DNA of 64,000 bases from an uncultured Fretibacterium sp. Its GTDB lineage: Bacteria > Synergistota > Synergistia > Synergistales > Aminobacteriaceae. The notes below the pieces were generated by a model, which saw nothing but the letters and a program-made list of their open reading frames with translations, did not search any database and was not told the DNA's origin. Positions 55,835-64,000 of this stretch are shown in pieces (the first letter of the stretch is position 1; each line of letters opens with the position of its first letter). The position numbers and the translations under genes are program-made. The stretch spans positions 2,777-66,776 of the forward strand of contig CAMHMH010000010.1 in NCBI GenBank assembly GCA_946186205.1, read 5' to 3'.

Positions 55835-56764
55835 TTACTCTGACTGTGAAGCGATTAGATCCTTCGAGCGTCCTGCCCTTAACACGTAGCTGTCTAAATC
55901 ATGGCCGACAATTTCGCGAATCTTCCGGGACATTTCCATAACCTTCAGAACGTCAACGCCCGTTGTGATTCCCATCTCATCAAGCATATTGATTACGTCC
56001 TCTGATGAGATATTGCCAGCCGCGCCGGGGACGAAAGGACATCCGCCAAGACCGCCGAATGAAGCATCAAAGCGAGTCATTCCCGCCTGCATTGCCGCGA
56101 GTATGTTAGCCATTGCCGCGCCGCGTGTGTTGTGGAAGTGAAGCCACCATGAAGCCTGCGGATATTTTTCACGGACATGCTTGCAGAGATCGTAGACCTG
56201 ATTCGGGACTGCCTGCCCTGAAGCGTCAGACAACGAAATCTCATCAATTCCGACCTTCAAATACGCCTCTATTATCGCGTCAACATCTTCAACGGGAGTC
56301 CTTCCTTCCCAAGGTGAAGCATAAGGCATTGAGATTGAGCCGGATATAGCTATGTGATTCTCGTTCGCCATCTTCACGCAGTCAGCAAAACCCGCAACGC
56401 TCTCCTCTGGAGTCCTGTTAAGATTCTTGAGGTTGTGCATACGGCTGGCGGAAACATTGAGCTTTACCTTCTTGCAGCCGCAATCGATAGCCCGCTGTAC
56501 TCCGCGTGTGTTGGGAATGAGCGCGCGCAGTTCTACATCTCCGGGAATCTCGCCTATACGCTTGAAGATTTCATCAGTGTCAGCCATCTGAGGGACTCTC
56601 TTGGGGTGCATGAATGAGCCGACCTCGATAACCTTATAGCCCGCGTCAATGAAGCCACGCAGGATTTCTATTTTCTGGTCTGTGTTGGGGTAAACTTTCT
56701 CATTCTGGACTCCGTCGCGCAGACCGACTTCACACATTGTTACTTTTTCGGGCAAGTTCATCAT
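55835..56764 (-). CDS. Hydroxymethylglutaryl-CoA lyase-like (DRE-TIM/pyruvate carboxyltransferase) enzyme
   Basis: EVGLRDGVQNE motif and HFHNTRG metal-binding motif. The ATG at 56764 overlaps the upstream stop (TGATG). Confidence 0.8.
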   Translation of the reverse strand: MMNLPEKVTMCEVGLRDGVQNEKVYPNTDQKIEILRGFIDAGYKVIEVGSFMHPKRVPQMADTDEIFKRIGEIPGDVELRALIPNTRGVQRAIDCGCKKVKLNVSASRMHNLKNLNRTPEESVAGFADCVKMANENHIAISGSISMPYASPWEGRTPVEDVDAIIEAYLKVGIDEISLSDASGQAVPNQVYDLCKHVREKYPQASWWLHFHNTRGAAMANILAAMQAGMTRFDASFGGLGGCPFVPGAAGNISSEDVINMLDEMGITTGVDVLKVMEMSRKIREIVGHDLDSYVLRAGRSKDLIASQSE

Positions 56765-57612
56765 CAGTCGATACCGTTCTCGGCAAAATATTTCTTTGCG
56801 GTCTCGAGGCACTGTTTCGCATGGCCGGCGACTCCCCGCGCTTGAATCTCTTTGAGGTTGGGAAGCTCAATCGACAGCGGGATATTCGGCATTGCTTTTA
56901 TCATGTCAGCGATTTTCACATCACCTTCACCGACATAGAATCTTGCCTCGCGCGCAGTGTAGAGCATGAGATCATCTTTGATGTTGTCAAGCACTGTGTC
57001 TTTGCACTCTGCGTTCTCTGGTGCCGGGCCGTCGCAAAGGTGAATGAAGCGGAAATACTTTCTCGGAGTCCTCGCAAGCTCTGAGCCTGTTACGCCTGCC
57101 CTGCCTGCGTGAAGCGTGTCGACCATCACAAAGACGTTATCCCTGTAAAGGTCATCGATGAGGGAAATATCTTCCTGAAGGTTTCTGACACCTGCCCAAG
57201 GAAGGAACTCAATGTTGAACATGAGTCCGAACTCTTTTGCCATGTCCGCGACTTTTCCGGCTGTCTCTGTGTACCATTTGCGGTCGCGTGTCCACACTGA
57301 GCCGAGTACGTCCGTTGCGCCTAATTTCGCGGCTGCCTCGAACGCGGGCTTGTACTCGTTAATGTCGAGGTCTTTGCGGATTCGCGCAAGCTCAATGTCC
57401 ATTAACGGCATGTCGTATTCTTTGAGGGCTGCTTTGATGTCGGCAAAAAGTTTCGGGTCATCCTGCGGAAGGAATGAAGGCTCACCGGGAAGGTGCATAG
57501 GAATCGTGCGGAGACTCACATAGTCATAGCCTGCTTCTTTTGCGATTTTGATCTGATCCATCGGATTGGTGCCGGGGATTGTGAGATAAGCTAACGAAAA
57601 TTTACGTGCCAT
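56764..57612 (-). CDS. Xylose-isomerase-like TIM-barrel protein (sugar phosphate isomerase/epimerase; possibly dehydroshikimate-dehydratase-like)
   Basis: 282-aa ORF with AP_endonuc_2-like character. The functional hint comes only from the adjacent shikimate-dehydrogenase-family gene. Confidence 0.55.
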   Translation of the reverse strand: MARKFSLAYLTIPGTNPMDQIKIAKEAGYDYVSLRTIPMHLPGEPSFLPQDDPKLFADIKAALKEYDMPLMDIELARIRKDLDINEYKPAFEAAAKLGATDVLGSVWTRDRKWYTETAGKVADMAKEFGLMFNIEFLPWAGVRNLQEDISLIDDLYRDNVFVMVDTLHAGRAGVTGSELARTPRKYFRFIHLCDGPAPENAECKDTVLDNIKDDLMLYTAREARFYVGEGDVKIADMIKAMPNIPLSIELPNLKEIQARGVAGHAKQCLETAKKYFAENGID

Positions 57613-57632
57613 TTGTGAAACTCATTCTCCTT

Positions 57633-57665
57633 TCGTGAAATGAACAAACAAACCGCCCGTGTGAT
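57633..57665 (-). terminator. Weak candidate terminator after the shikimate dehydrogenase-family gene
   Basis: On the minus strand: CCGCC...GGCGG stem followed by TTTGTTTGTT. Confidence 0.3.
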
Positions 57666-57686
57666 AGCGGCGGCGTTATTCTCTTG

Positions 57687-58565
57687 TTACTTTCCTTCTT
57701 TTTCCTTCATGATTGTCTCAAGGGTCTGGCGCATTACTTCAAGAGGCACAGCCTGACCGCCCGTCCACAACTGAATCTGACGGAGTCCCTGATACAATGA
57801 CATTCCGAGTCCGTTGATGGTTGTGCATCCGACTTCAGCGGCTTCCTTGAGGAAACGAGTCGTTGCGGGGTTATATGTCGCGTCAAAGCAAATGTGCGAC
57901 GGCTTGAGGAATTTTTTGTCGACGCATGTATATTCCTCTTTGCCCTTCATGCCGAGTCCCGAAAGGTTAAGGATAATATCTGTCTCATCGAGTGCCTTCT
58001 TGATTCCGGCTTCGTCAGCTGCTCTTACAGGTACGCAGACTCCGGGGTAGAACTTGTTGATTTCCTCGCTGAGTGTCTCGCATTTCTCCGAGCGTGAAGA
58101 GATGTATATCTTCTTTGCTCCCTCGTTGGCAAGCTCAAGGCAAACGCTCCTGCCAGTTCCGCCCGCGCCGAATGAGAACATAACTTTGTCTTTGATGACA
58201 CAGCCGTGCTCTTTGATGTCGCGCAGTGCTCCGTAGCCGTCAGTGTTGTAGCCGATGAGTTTCCCGCCCTCAGTTTTGACGACGGTGTTTGAGCTTCCGA
58301 TTTTCTTGCAGAGGGGATCAAGGTCATCAAGGTACTGCATAACGGCTTCTTTGTTGGGCTTTGTTACGGCGCAACCCAAGAACGTGGGCATGTAGCGTAT
58401 GCCGTCAATAATTTCCTTGAGGTGGGTGCTGTCTGCCTCACAGTAGCAATAGACCATGTTGAAGCCTGCCGCCTGATACGCTGAGTTCTGCATTCTTGCG
58501 GCGAATGACTGACTCAGAGGCGTGCCGATAAGTGCGATAAGTCTGCTGTTAATATCAATCTGCAT
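57687..58565 (-). CDS. Shikimate/quinate dehydrogenase family protein
   Basis: LIGTPLSQSF...MQN N-terminal substrate domain. GAGGTGRSV Rossmann motif. ATG at 58565 lies 8 nt after AGGAG. Confidence 0.85.
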   Translation of the reverse strand: MQIDINSRLIALIGTPLSQSFAARMQNSAYQAAGFNMVYCYCEADSTHLKEIIDGIRYMPTFLGCAVTKPNKEAVMQYLDDLDPLCKKIGSSNTVVKTEGGKLIGYNTDGYGALRDIKEHGCVIKDKVMFSFGAGGTGRSVCLELANEGAKKIYISSRSEKCETLSEEINKFYPGVCVPVRAADEAGIKKALDETDIILNLSGLGMKGKEEYTCVDKKFLKPSHICFDATYNPATTRFLKEAAEVGCTTINGLGMSLYQGLRQIQLWTGGQAVPLEVMRQTLETIMKEKEGK

Positions 58566-58750
58566 AATTAACGCTCCTGACATATGAAATTTTTGGTGAA
58601 TGAATTGTGATTGAACGTGATAATTTTATTCACAAGAAATTTATATTGCAAACATAATTTTACTGGTTGTGAAAAAATCTCTTTAAGACGGGCAGACAAA
58701 ATTTTCTGTGTGATATTATATACAAATCCAAAATATTATTTCAGGAGGAC

Positions 58751-61700
58751 ATGCGATTGTCTGACAGCATTCAAATTTTCTCTTCATGCGTTCAAAAATT
58801 CTTAGAGCGCAATACTGTTTTAAGCGGAAATGATAATCACCTGTATATATTTCAGGGCTTCCCTGTCAGTTTCTTAAAGGCTCTGGACATTCCTCACCTC
58901 GCAGGAGAATGGGACGGCTCATATCCTGACGCGCTGAAACTTGACGGATCAGAAATTCTCCCGTTCCTGATAACTTCAAAGGGGCAGGCGTGGTGTTTCT
59001 ATGAAGAGTTTCAAGCATTAAGCATGTTGCTAAAAAATTTCAATGTCTACAAAGGAACAATGACCGTAATCAAAAATGATCTGTTCAGTGATTATTATCC
59101 TCTTCCTGAAAGCATGTCCCCTGAAAAAATCTCAGAGCTTTTCAGAAATGACAGCGGGAAAAAAGCTGTTAATGATTCAGATTTGAAGCTACTGGATTAT
59201 TATTCAGACTGTCGGACTGATGGCAATATTCTTTTCGTGTCATTCATAGACAGGCATACAGAGCATAATATTAATGAGACAGGATTTTTCTGGGACATGG
59301 CCGGCATTCTTCCAGCGGACGGAATCGATTCTGCTTCAGATGATGAAGGTACAATTTCTTCTCTGCCTCTTTCGGAAATCAAAGTAAAGCTCATGAACGG
59401 TGAACTGAAAAATTCATGCTTCATCATTCAGGACGACGGCGATGACTCTATTGACGCTGAGATCACAAAGATGAATACGCTTGGCAGATTCTTCGGGACA
59501 AAGTTCAAGGCTTCACACTGCACAAAAAAGAATGACAGCGGGGAGCAATATCTTCACATGCTCAAGAAATACTGGGGCAGCGAAGCATCATTCAGGGAGC
59601 TTATGTTTTATGAATCTCCTGCGGAAAACAACAGGACAATGACTCTCTCACAGGGCAGAATAATATCTGACGTTATAGAGCAGAGCATGAAAGCCGCTTC
59701 AGGTGAAAATTATTCAGACATAATAGTTACAGCTCCTACAGGTTCAGGGAAATCAATATTTTTCCAGATACCCGCGATATATCTTCATGAGGAAGAAGAG
59801 AAACCGCTTCTCACGATAATTATATGCCCTCTTGTGTCGCTTATGTATGATTAGGTGAATGAGCTTCATGAACGCGGAATTGACTACGCTACATATATTA
59901 ATGCGTCAATAACATCTGAGGAGCGAAAATCAAGGCTCAACGGAATCATAAGCGGGCGTTACTCTGTTGTTTATCTTTCGCCTGAGTTCCTTCTCGGAGG
60001 GGATATACGAACTCTCACAGGAGGAAGGGACATAGGGCTTGTTGTGATTGATGAAGCGCATCTTGTAACGTCATGGGGAAGAGATTTCCGGGCTGATTAT
60101 TGGTTTCTCGGAGATTACATCGAGAATGTTCGCAGAGAAAGCCCACGCTCGGATTCAAAGCCTCAGAAATTCCCGGTGCTTTGCCTTACTGCCACTGCTG
60201 TTTACGGCGGGCGTGATGATGTCGTTGGGGATCTTCAGCAGAGCCTTCATCTTGCGTGCTACACAGGGCATATATACATCGGGTATGTCAGGCGCGGAAA
60301 TATCAAGTTTGACATAAGGCATCACGAGAAAAAATCAAGGTCAAAAAAGGAAGCAAAGACAACTCTTGCTGTTGCGGCCGCAGTAAAGTATGTGAGGGAA
60401 AAACAGAAAACGATAATGTATTTTCCGTTTGTCCGTCAGATAGGAATGATTAACGAAGTGCTTCAGAAATTTGAAGAGGGAGCAAAGACCGAAACATATT
60501 ACGGCGGCATGAATGGTACGGACAAAGATACAGCCTACGAAAATTTCAGGTGTTCGCGCTCTACTGTAATGCTTGCGACAAAGGCTTTCGGAATGGGCGT
60601 TAATATCGGGGACATAAGGAACGTATATCACTTTTCGCCTACAGGAACTCTTGCGGATTACGTTCAGGAAATAGGAAGGGCTGCGAGAAATCTCAAAGAG
60701 GGCTGCGCTGTTGCTGACTATATGATTTCCGATATGCAGTATGTACAAATGTTATGGGGGCTTTCGGGACTGAAGCATTACCAGCTTAAGGAAATGGCAA
60801 AAAAGCTCTACGATATTTGCACGCACTCTGAAGGAAGAAATATTTTGTTCTCTCCTGAAACTTTCAGCTACCTTTTCAGTGATTACCAGCTCGAAAACAG
60901 CGTAAAAAGCGGGCTTCTTATGCTAAGTGCTGACCTTAACGCAAAATCTCATTTCAGGTTGTTAAGCGTGAGACCAAGAAGCCTTTTCTCTGTGCAGTAT
61001 ATTTTAGTGCCGCACGAAATTGAGATGAAATTTCTTGATGAATACGGCTCTTACTGCAAGAAAGTTAATGACTGTTATCCGCGCAAGTCAGCCGGAGGAA
61101 GCATAATAAAGAACGGAAAAGTTTTTGAGATTGACCTTGCAAAATTGTGGGAGAATAAATTTATCGGCCTCAGCTTTCAGCAGTTCAAGTTCAAATTTCT
61201 CAGCGGTGAATTATTCCCTGAAACTGATAAAGGGCAGGGCGAATGTTACAGAATAGTGCCCAACATGAAAATGACAATCACATACGAAAAGGGCTGGCAT
61301 AAAGTAAGCGTCCTGTTCAAAAAAGTGTCGGAAGCAATTCAGGATTCATTCAATGACTTATTCAGGAATTTCGGCAGAAAACATTTCAGCTTCAGTGATT
61401 TTTACGGGATTTTCAGCAAAAGGTACAGGCTTGAGGGAAGGCGCGAATATATCAGGATGGTACTGGATCTTTTCTGCTATGATCATGTAGATTTCAGCTT
61501 CGGAGCGTCATACAGGCAGCCTACAGAGTCATGGAAATTCATCGAGCGCATAAAGCCGGACACCGACAGCGGCAATTTCGAGGAAAAATACTGCATACGC
61601 GGGGACAAGTACGCCGGCATAGGCAGCAAACTTCGGAGCTATTTCAGCATGGCAGAACCTAACAGCAAATACAGAGTCACAGAGAAATATACAGTTTATC

Positions 61701-62086
61701 TTCCAATGCCTCAGCCAATGCCCGCACGCCCTAAAAGCTATGAATCCCAATGCGATACATCATCACCGCCTCAGCAGCTAATGGCATCAATACTTCAGCT
61801 TTTCGGTTTAGCATCATACGAAATTACAGGCGGCAGAAACCTTCAAATATCCATCACTGTAACTGATCCCAGCAAGCTCCTTGATATAGCAGCCAGCACA
61901 TCATACAGGAACGCTGTGCTTTCTGACATTGAAGCCAAACACAAACGCGCAGTGAAGATAATGCAGAATTTCATGAGCAAAAATTTCACGGACAAAGAAC
62001 GCTGGGAAATAATAGAAGAATATTTTCTAGGCCATGACAGCAATGTAGATACACTTCTCGGAATAAATCAACAGGAAGGTGAATAA
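58751..62086 (+). pseudogene. RecQ-like SF2 helicase with large N- and C-terminal extensions, interrupted by an in-frame TAG
   Basis: Motif I TAPTGSGKS. Then CPLVSLMYD-TAG(59852-59854)-VNELHERGI, where RecQ proteins have SLMxDQV. DEAH box VIDEAHLVTSWGRDFR and later motifs (KAFGMGVN, QEIGRAAR) follow in the same frame. Confidence 0.8.
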
Positions 62087-62088
62087 TA

Positions 62089-62175
62089 ATGATTCCCGGC
62101 GCATTAATCGGAGACATTATCGGAAGCGTTTATGAGTTCAACAACGTTAAGTCAAAAGATTTCCCGCTCATGTCA
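62089..62175 (+). pseudogene. 5' remnant of an ADP-ribosylglycohydrolase-family gene
   Basis: MIPGALIGDIIGSVYEFNNVKSKDFPL matches the characteristic N-terminus of ADP-ribosylglycohydrolase-family proteins (from memory). Beyond ~30 aa the frame is just the antisense of a glycine-zipper gene. Confidence 0.45.
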
Positions 62176-62534
62176 GAACGCTCAATCCCTACTGAAACCA
62201 ATTTAGCGGCATCATCAACGGTTTTTTTGTCAGTCGCCGCTCCTATACCCGCTCCTACTACAGCTCCTGTACCACCGCCAATAGTCGCCCCCGTCAAGGC
62301 AGCTCCACCAATCGCAGCCCCCGCAAGCGGTACAGCCGCAAGTCCGCCACTTGCGATAACAGCAATCGTCGCGCAAGCTGCCCAGACGAGTCCTCCGCAA
62401 AGTCCGCCAGTAGCTCCGCCCACAGCACCACCGTAAGCAGTATCTTCACCCCACCACGCCAACGCAGGCTCAACAACCGCAAACATCATGACGCAAACGA
62501 CCAGCAACGCAATAACTTTTGACTTCTTCAACAT
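62130..62534 (-). CDS. Secreted glycine-zipper protein 1
   Basis: AAGGAGG lies 8 nt before the ATG. Signal peptide. The region GGAVGGATGGLCGG...GGLAAVPLAGAAIGGAALTGATIGGGTGAVVGAGIGAA is a glycine zipper. Confidence 0.7.
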   Translation of the reverse strand: MLKKSKVIALLVVCVMMFAVVEPALAWWGEDTAYGGAVGGATGGLCGGLVWAACATIAVIASGGLAAVPLAGAAIGGAALTGATIGGGTGAVVGAGIGAATDKKTVDDAAKLVSVGIERSDMSGKSFDLTLLNS

Positions 62535-62547
62535 GATTATTACCTCC

Positions 62548-62868
62548 TTAATCTGCAGGCCCCCAGATCCAGCCCGCTATACCTCCTGCAATCGCTCCGA
62601 TTCCTGCACCTACTGCCGTCCCTACAACAGGAATAAAGCTCCCGATTACTGCTCCCGTTGCCGCTCCTGCTCCTGCTCCATAGACTCCGCCCTTTATTGA
62701 CGGATCTATAATTGTCTCTGTCGTTTTCTGATGTCCACCACCGGGAAGTGGTATCCATATTTCAGTTCTACTCATCGCACCGGGTGCAATTAGATTCGCA
62801 GACGATACACCCTGCAACACCGACACAAGCACCAGCGATAAAACCAACATAACCGCAATTTTCTTCAC
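62548..62868 (-). CDS. Secreted glycine-zipper protein 2
   Basis: GTG at 62868 lies 8 nt after AAAGGAG. Signal peptide VKKIAVMLVLSLVLVSVLQG. C-terminal GAGAGAATGAVIGSFIPVVGTAVGAGIGAIAGGIAGW. Confidence 0.65.
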   Translation of the reverse strand: MKKIAVMLVLSLVLVSVLQGVSSANLIAPGAMSRTEIWIPLPGGGHQKTTETIIDPSIKGGVYGAGAGAATGAVIGSFIPVVGTAVGAGIGAIAGGIAGWIWGPAD

Positions 62869-62886
62869 GCTATTTTCTCCTTTCAC

Positions 62887-63135
62887 TTAATACACAATAG
62901 GGCTAAAAGGATCATGAAAACATCCCGGACTCACAACTACCATAAACCCCGCGCCCATTAAACCACCCGGAACACCGCCCGCTAAAAATCCCGCAATGCC
63001 TCCGAGTATTGCCCGAAATCCCAGCGATAATGCTCCGTAATTTTCCCGCTCATTACTCCGAATCATTCCGGCGAACGAAGGCTGAAGCATTCCGAACAAC
63101 AACAGCAGCATAACAACAAACGCAGTCTTTCTCAT
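62887..63135 (-). CDS. Secreted/membrane glycine-zipper protein 3
   Basis: ATG at 63135 follows GAAAGGAGGA. Signal peptide MRKTAFVVMLLLLFGML. ILGGIAGFLAGGVPGGLMGAGF is a glycine zipper. Confidence 0.65.
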   Translation of the reverse strand: MRKTAFVVMLLLLFGMLQPSFAGMIRSNERENYGALSLGFRAILGGIAGFLAGGVPGGLMGAGFMVVVSPGCFHDPFSPIVY

Positions 63136-63488
63136 TAATTCCTCCTTTCTTGAGACAAAACGGTGCGCCAAACAGCTCCAACTTCACGAAGAAACTACCC
63201 GGCGCATAAACGAAAGCACACAAATAATAATCACTCGTCTTGCGCTATGCTATAATAACCGCAGGACAAGATACGGTAAGCTGATTTTCAGCTCACATTA
63301 ATTGAGTGCTGAAAACATAAATTGATGAAACAAATTATAGCACAGAAAATTTCTTGTCCTTGTTTTTTATGCCTTACTTCATAATTTCCCCGCAATAATT
63401 TATCCCAATGGCTGAAATTCTATCGTTGATTCTGATTCTCTTTCGTGGCATAATTACCCGCAATAAATTTCCCAAGAGGTGAAACAGT

Positions 63489-63557
63489 ATGCGCAACCGT
63501 AGAATCATTATCAGCATTCTTGAGGCCGTGTGCTGTTGTCGTCCCTTCACATTCTAA
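63489..63557 (+). promoter_or_regulatory. Candidate Cys-rich leader peptide ORF upstream of cysK
   Basis: AGAGGTG lies 7 nt before the ATG. The 22 codons read MRNRRIIISILEAVCCCRPFTF, with three consecutive Cys codons (TGC TGT TGT, 63531-63539), about 100 nt upstream of cysK. Confidence 0.4.
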
Positions 63558-63659
63558 CTTCGCGCAAGAAATCCATTTTTCACACACAAATTTTTCATTA
63601 ACGCCTGAGAATTAACCGGGCAATTCATTATCACATTAACACAAAAGGAGTCGTGTATC

Positions 63660-64000
63660 ATGTCAGGAGTCTATACTTCTATCGATCAGCTTATCGGACA
63701 CACACCGCTGCTTGAGCTTGTGAGGATTCAGAATCAATTCGGGCTTCACGCAAAAATCCTCGCAAAACTTGAGTACTTCAACCCCGCAGGAAGCGTAAAA
63801 GACAGAGTCGCAAAATCAATCCTCGATGACGCAGAATCAGACGGCAGACTCAATCCCTCAAGCGTCATAATCGAACCCACGAGCGGCAATACAGGCATCG
63901 GACTCGCTTCAGTCGCAGCAACTCGCGGTTACCGGGTCATTATCGTTATGCCCGAAACAATGTCCATCGAACGCCGCAAGATCATGAAGGCTTACGGAGC
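63660..64000 (+). CDS. cysK: Cysteine synthase A (O-acetylserine sulfhydrylase), 3'-truncated by the window end
   Basis: [10 protein letters not shown]...[15 protein letters not shown] (PLP-lysine motif)...[18 protein letters not shown] Shine-Dalgarno upstream. Confidence 0.92.
   Translation, partial: MSGVYTSIDQLIGHTPLLELVRIQNQFGLHAKILAKLEYFNPAGSVKDRVAKSILDDAESDGRLNPSSVIIEPTSGNTGIGLASVAATRGYRVIIVMPETMSIERRKIMKAYG

Noticed and set aside
10625-59854. Two in-frame TAG codons at conserved positions (the sorting signal at 10625 and the RecQ DQV motif at 59852) raised the idea of genome-wide amber reassignment or pyrrolysine-type recoding.
   Set aside because: TAG also terminates several well-defined genes at their expected natural ends: flagellin at 23251-23253, the intact BI-1 copy at 27427-27429, the FAD oxidoreductase at 31508-31510, the B12 rSAM at 40558-40560, and the DUF3089 gene at 5709-5711. 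Global reassignment is therefore unlikely. Isolated nonsense mutations or local readthrough are more parsimonious. Scanning the genome for a tRNA-CUA or pyl genes would still be worthwhile.
62089-62436. A 115-aa plus-strand ORF rich in Ala and Pro (VAAPIPAPTTAPVPPPIVAPVKAAPPIAAP...).
   Set aside because: Beyond the first ~30 codons it is the mirror image of the Gly/Ala-rich glycine-zipper gene on the minus strand (GGN/GCN codons read antisense as NCC/NGC). The minus-strand gene has a Shine-Dalgarno, a signal peptide and paralogs.
1-64000. I looked for prophage, IS element or integrative-island boundaries to explain the accessory-looking loci.
   Set aside because: No integrase, transposase, recombinase, tRNA gene or long terminal inverted or direct repeats were recognisable in any frame. 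The rearrangement scars (AKR relic, ARH stub, BI-1 duplication) have no associated mobile-element gene.

Overview
This is a 64-kb chromosomal segment of an anaerobic bacterium. It is possibly Synergistota-like, inferred only from a GlyGly/Synerg-CTERM-like sorting tail, TRAP and organic-acid genes and a flagellin. I saw no rRNA, tRNA, CRISPR array, transposase or integrase. Gene order: (1) four tandem secreted hydrolases; (2) a giant FG-GAP-like surface-protein gene broken by three frameshifts and an in-frame amber codon; (3) an RND pump plus its adaptor; (4) a minus-strand operon with two degenerate FtsZ-like proteins (one fused to ankyrin repeats and a zinc ribbon), a WYL regulator and an Mrr-like nuclease; (5) flagellin, hemB, an epimerase and greA; (6) a tandemly duplicated BAX-inhibitor-1 gene with one copy dead; (7) a small-ORF pair and a secreted FAD oxidoreductase; (8) the most unusual locus, 31.8-40.6 kb, described below; (9) mfd, ddl, and a malic enzyme with a 2HCT transporter; (10) a YafQ-type toxin module and an orphan pilin; (11) a TRAP transporter with shikimate-dehydrogenase, TIM-barrel and HMGL-like genes; (12) a RecQ-like helicase interrupted by an amber codon at the conserved DQV motif; (13) three glycine-zipper genes; (14) cysK preceded by a Cys-Cys-Cys leader ORF. 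Locus (8) is a translationally coupled seven-gene operon of four dynamin-like GTPase paralogs, a small membrane protein with seven tandem [His/Tyr]-x-x triplets, a radical-SAM/SPASM enzyme and a B12-binding radical-SAM enzyme. I propose it as a candidate undescribed system in which GTPase-associated proteins are radical-SAM substrates. All calls rest on reading the ORF translations and DNA by eye; no searches were run.
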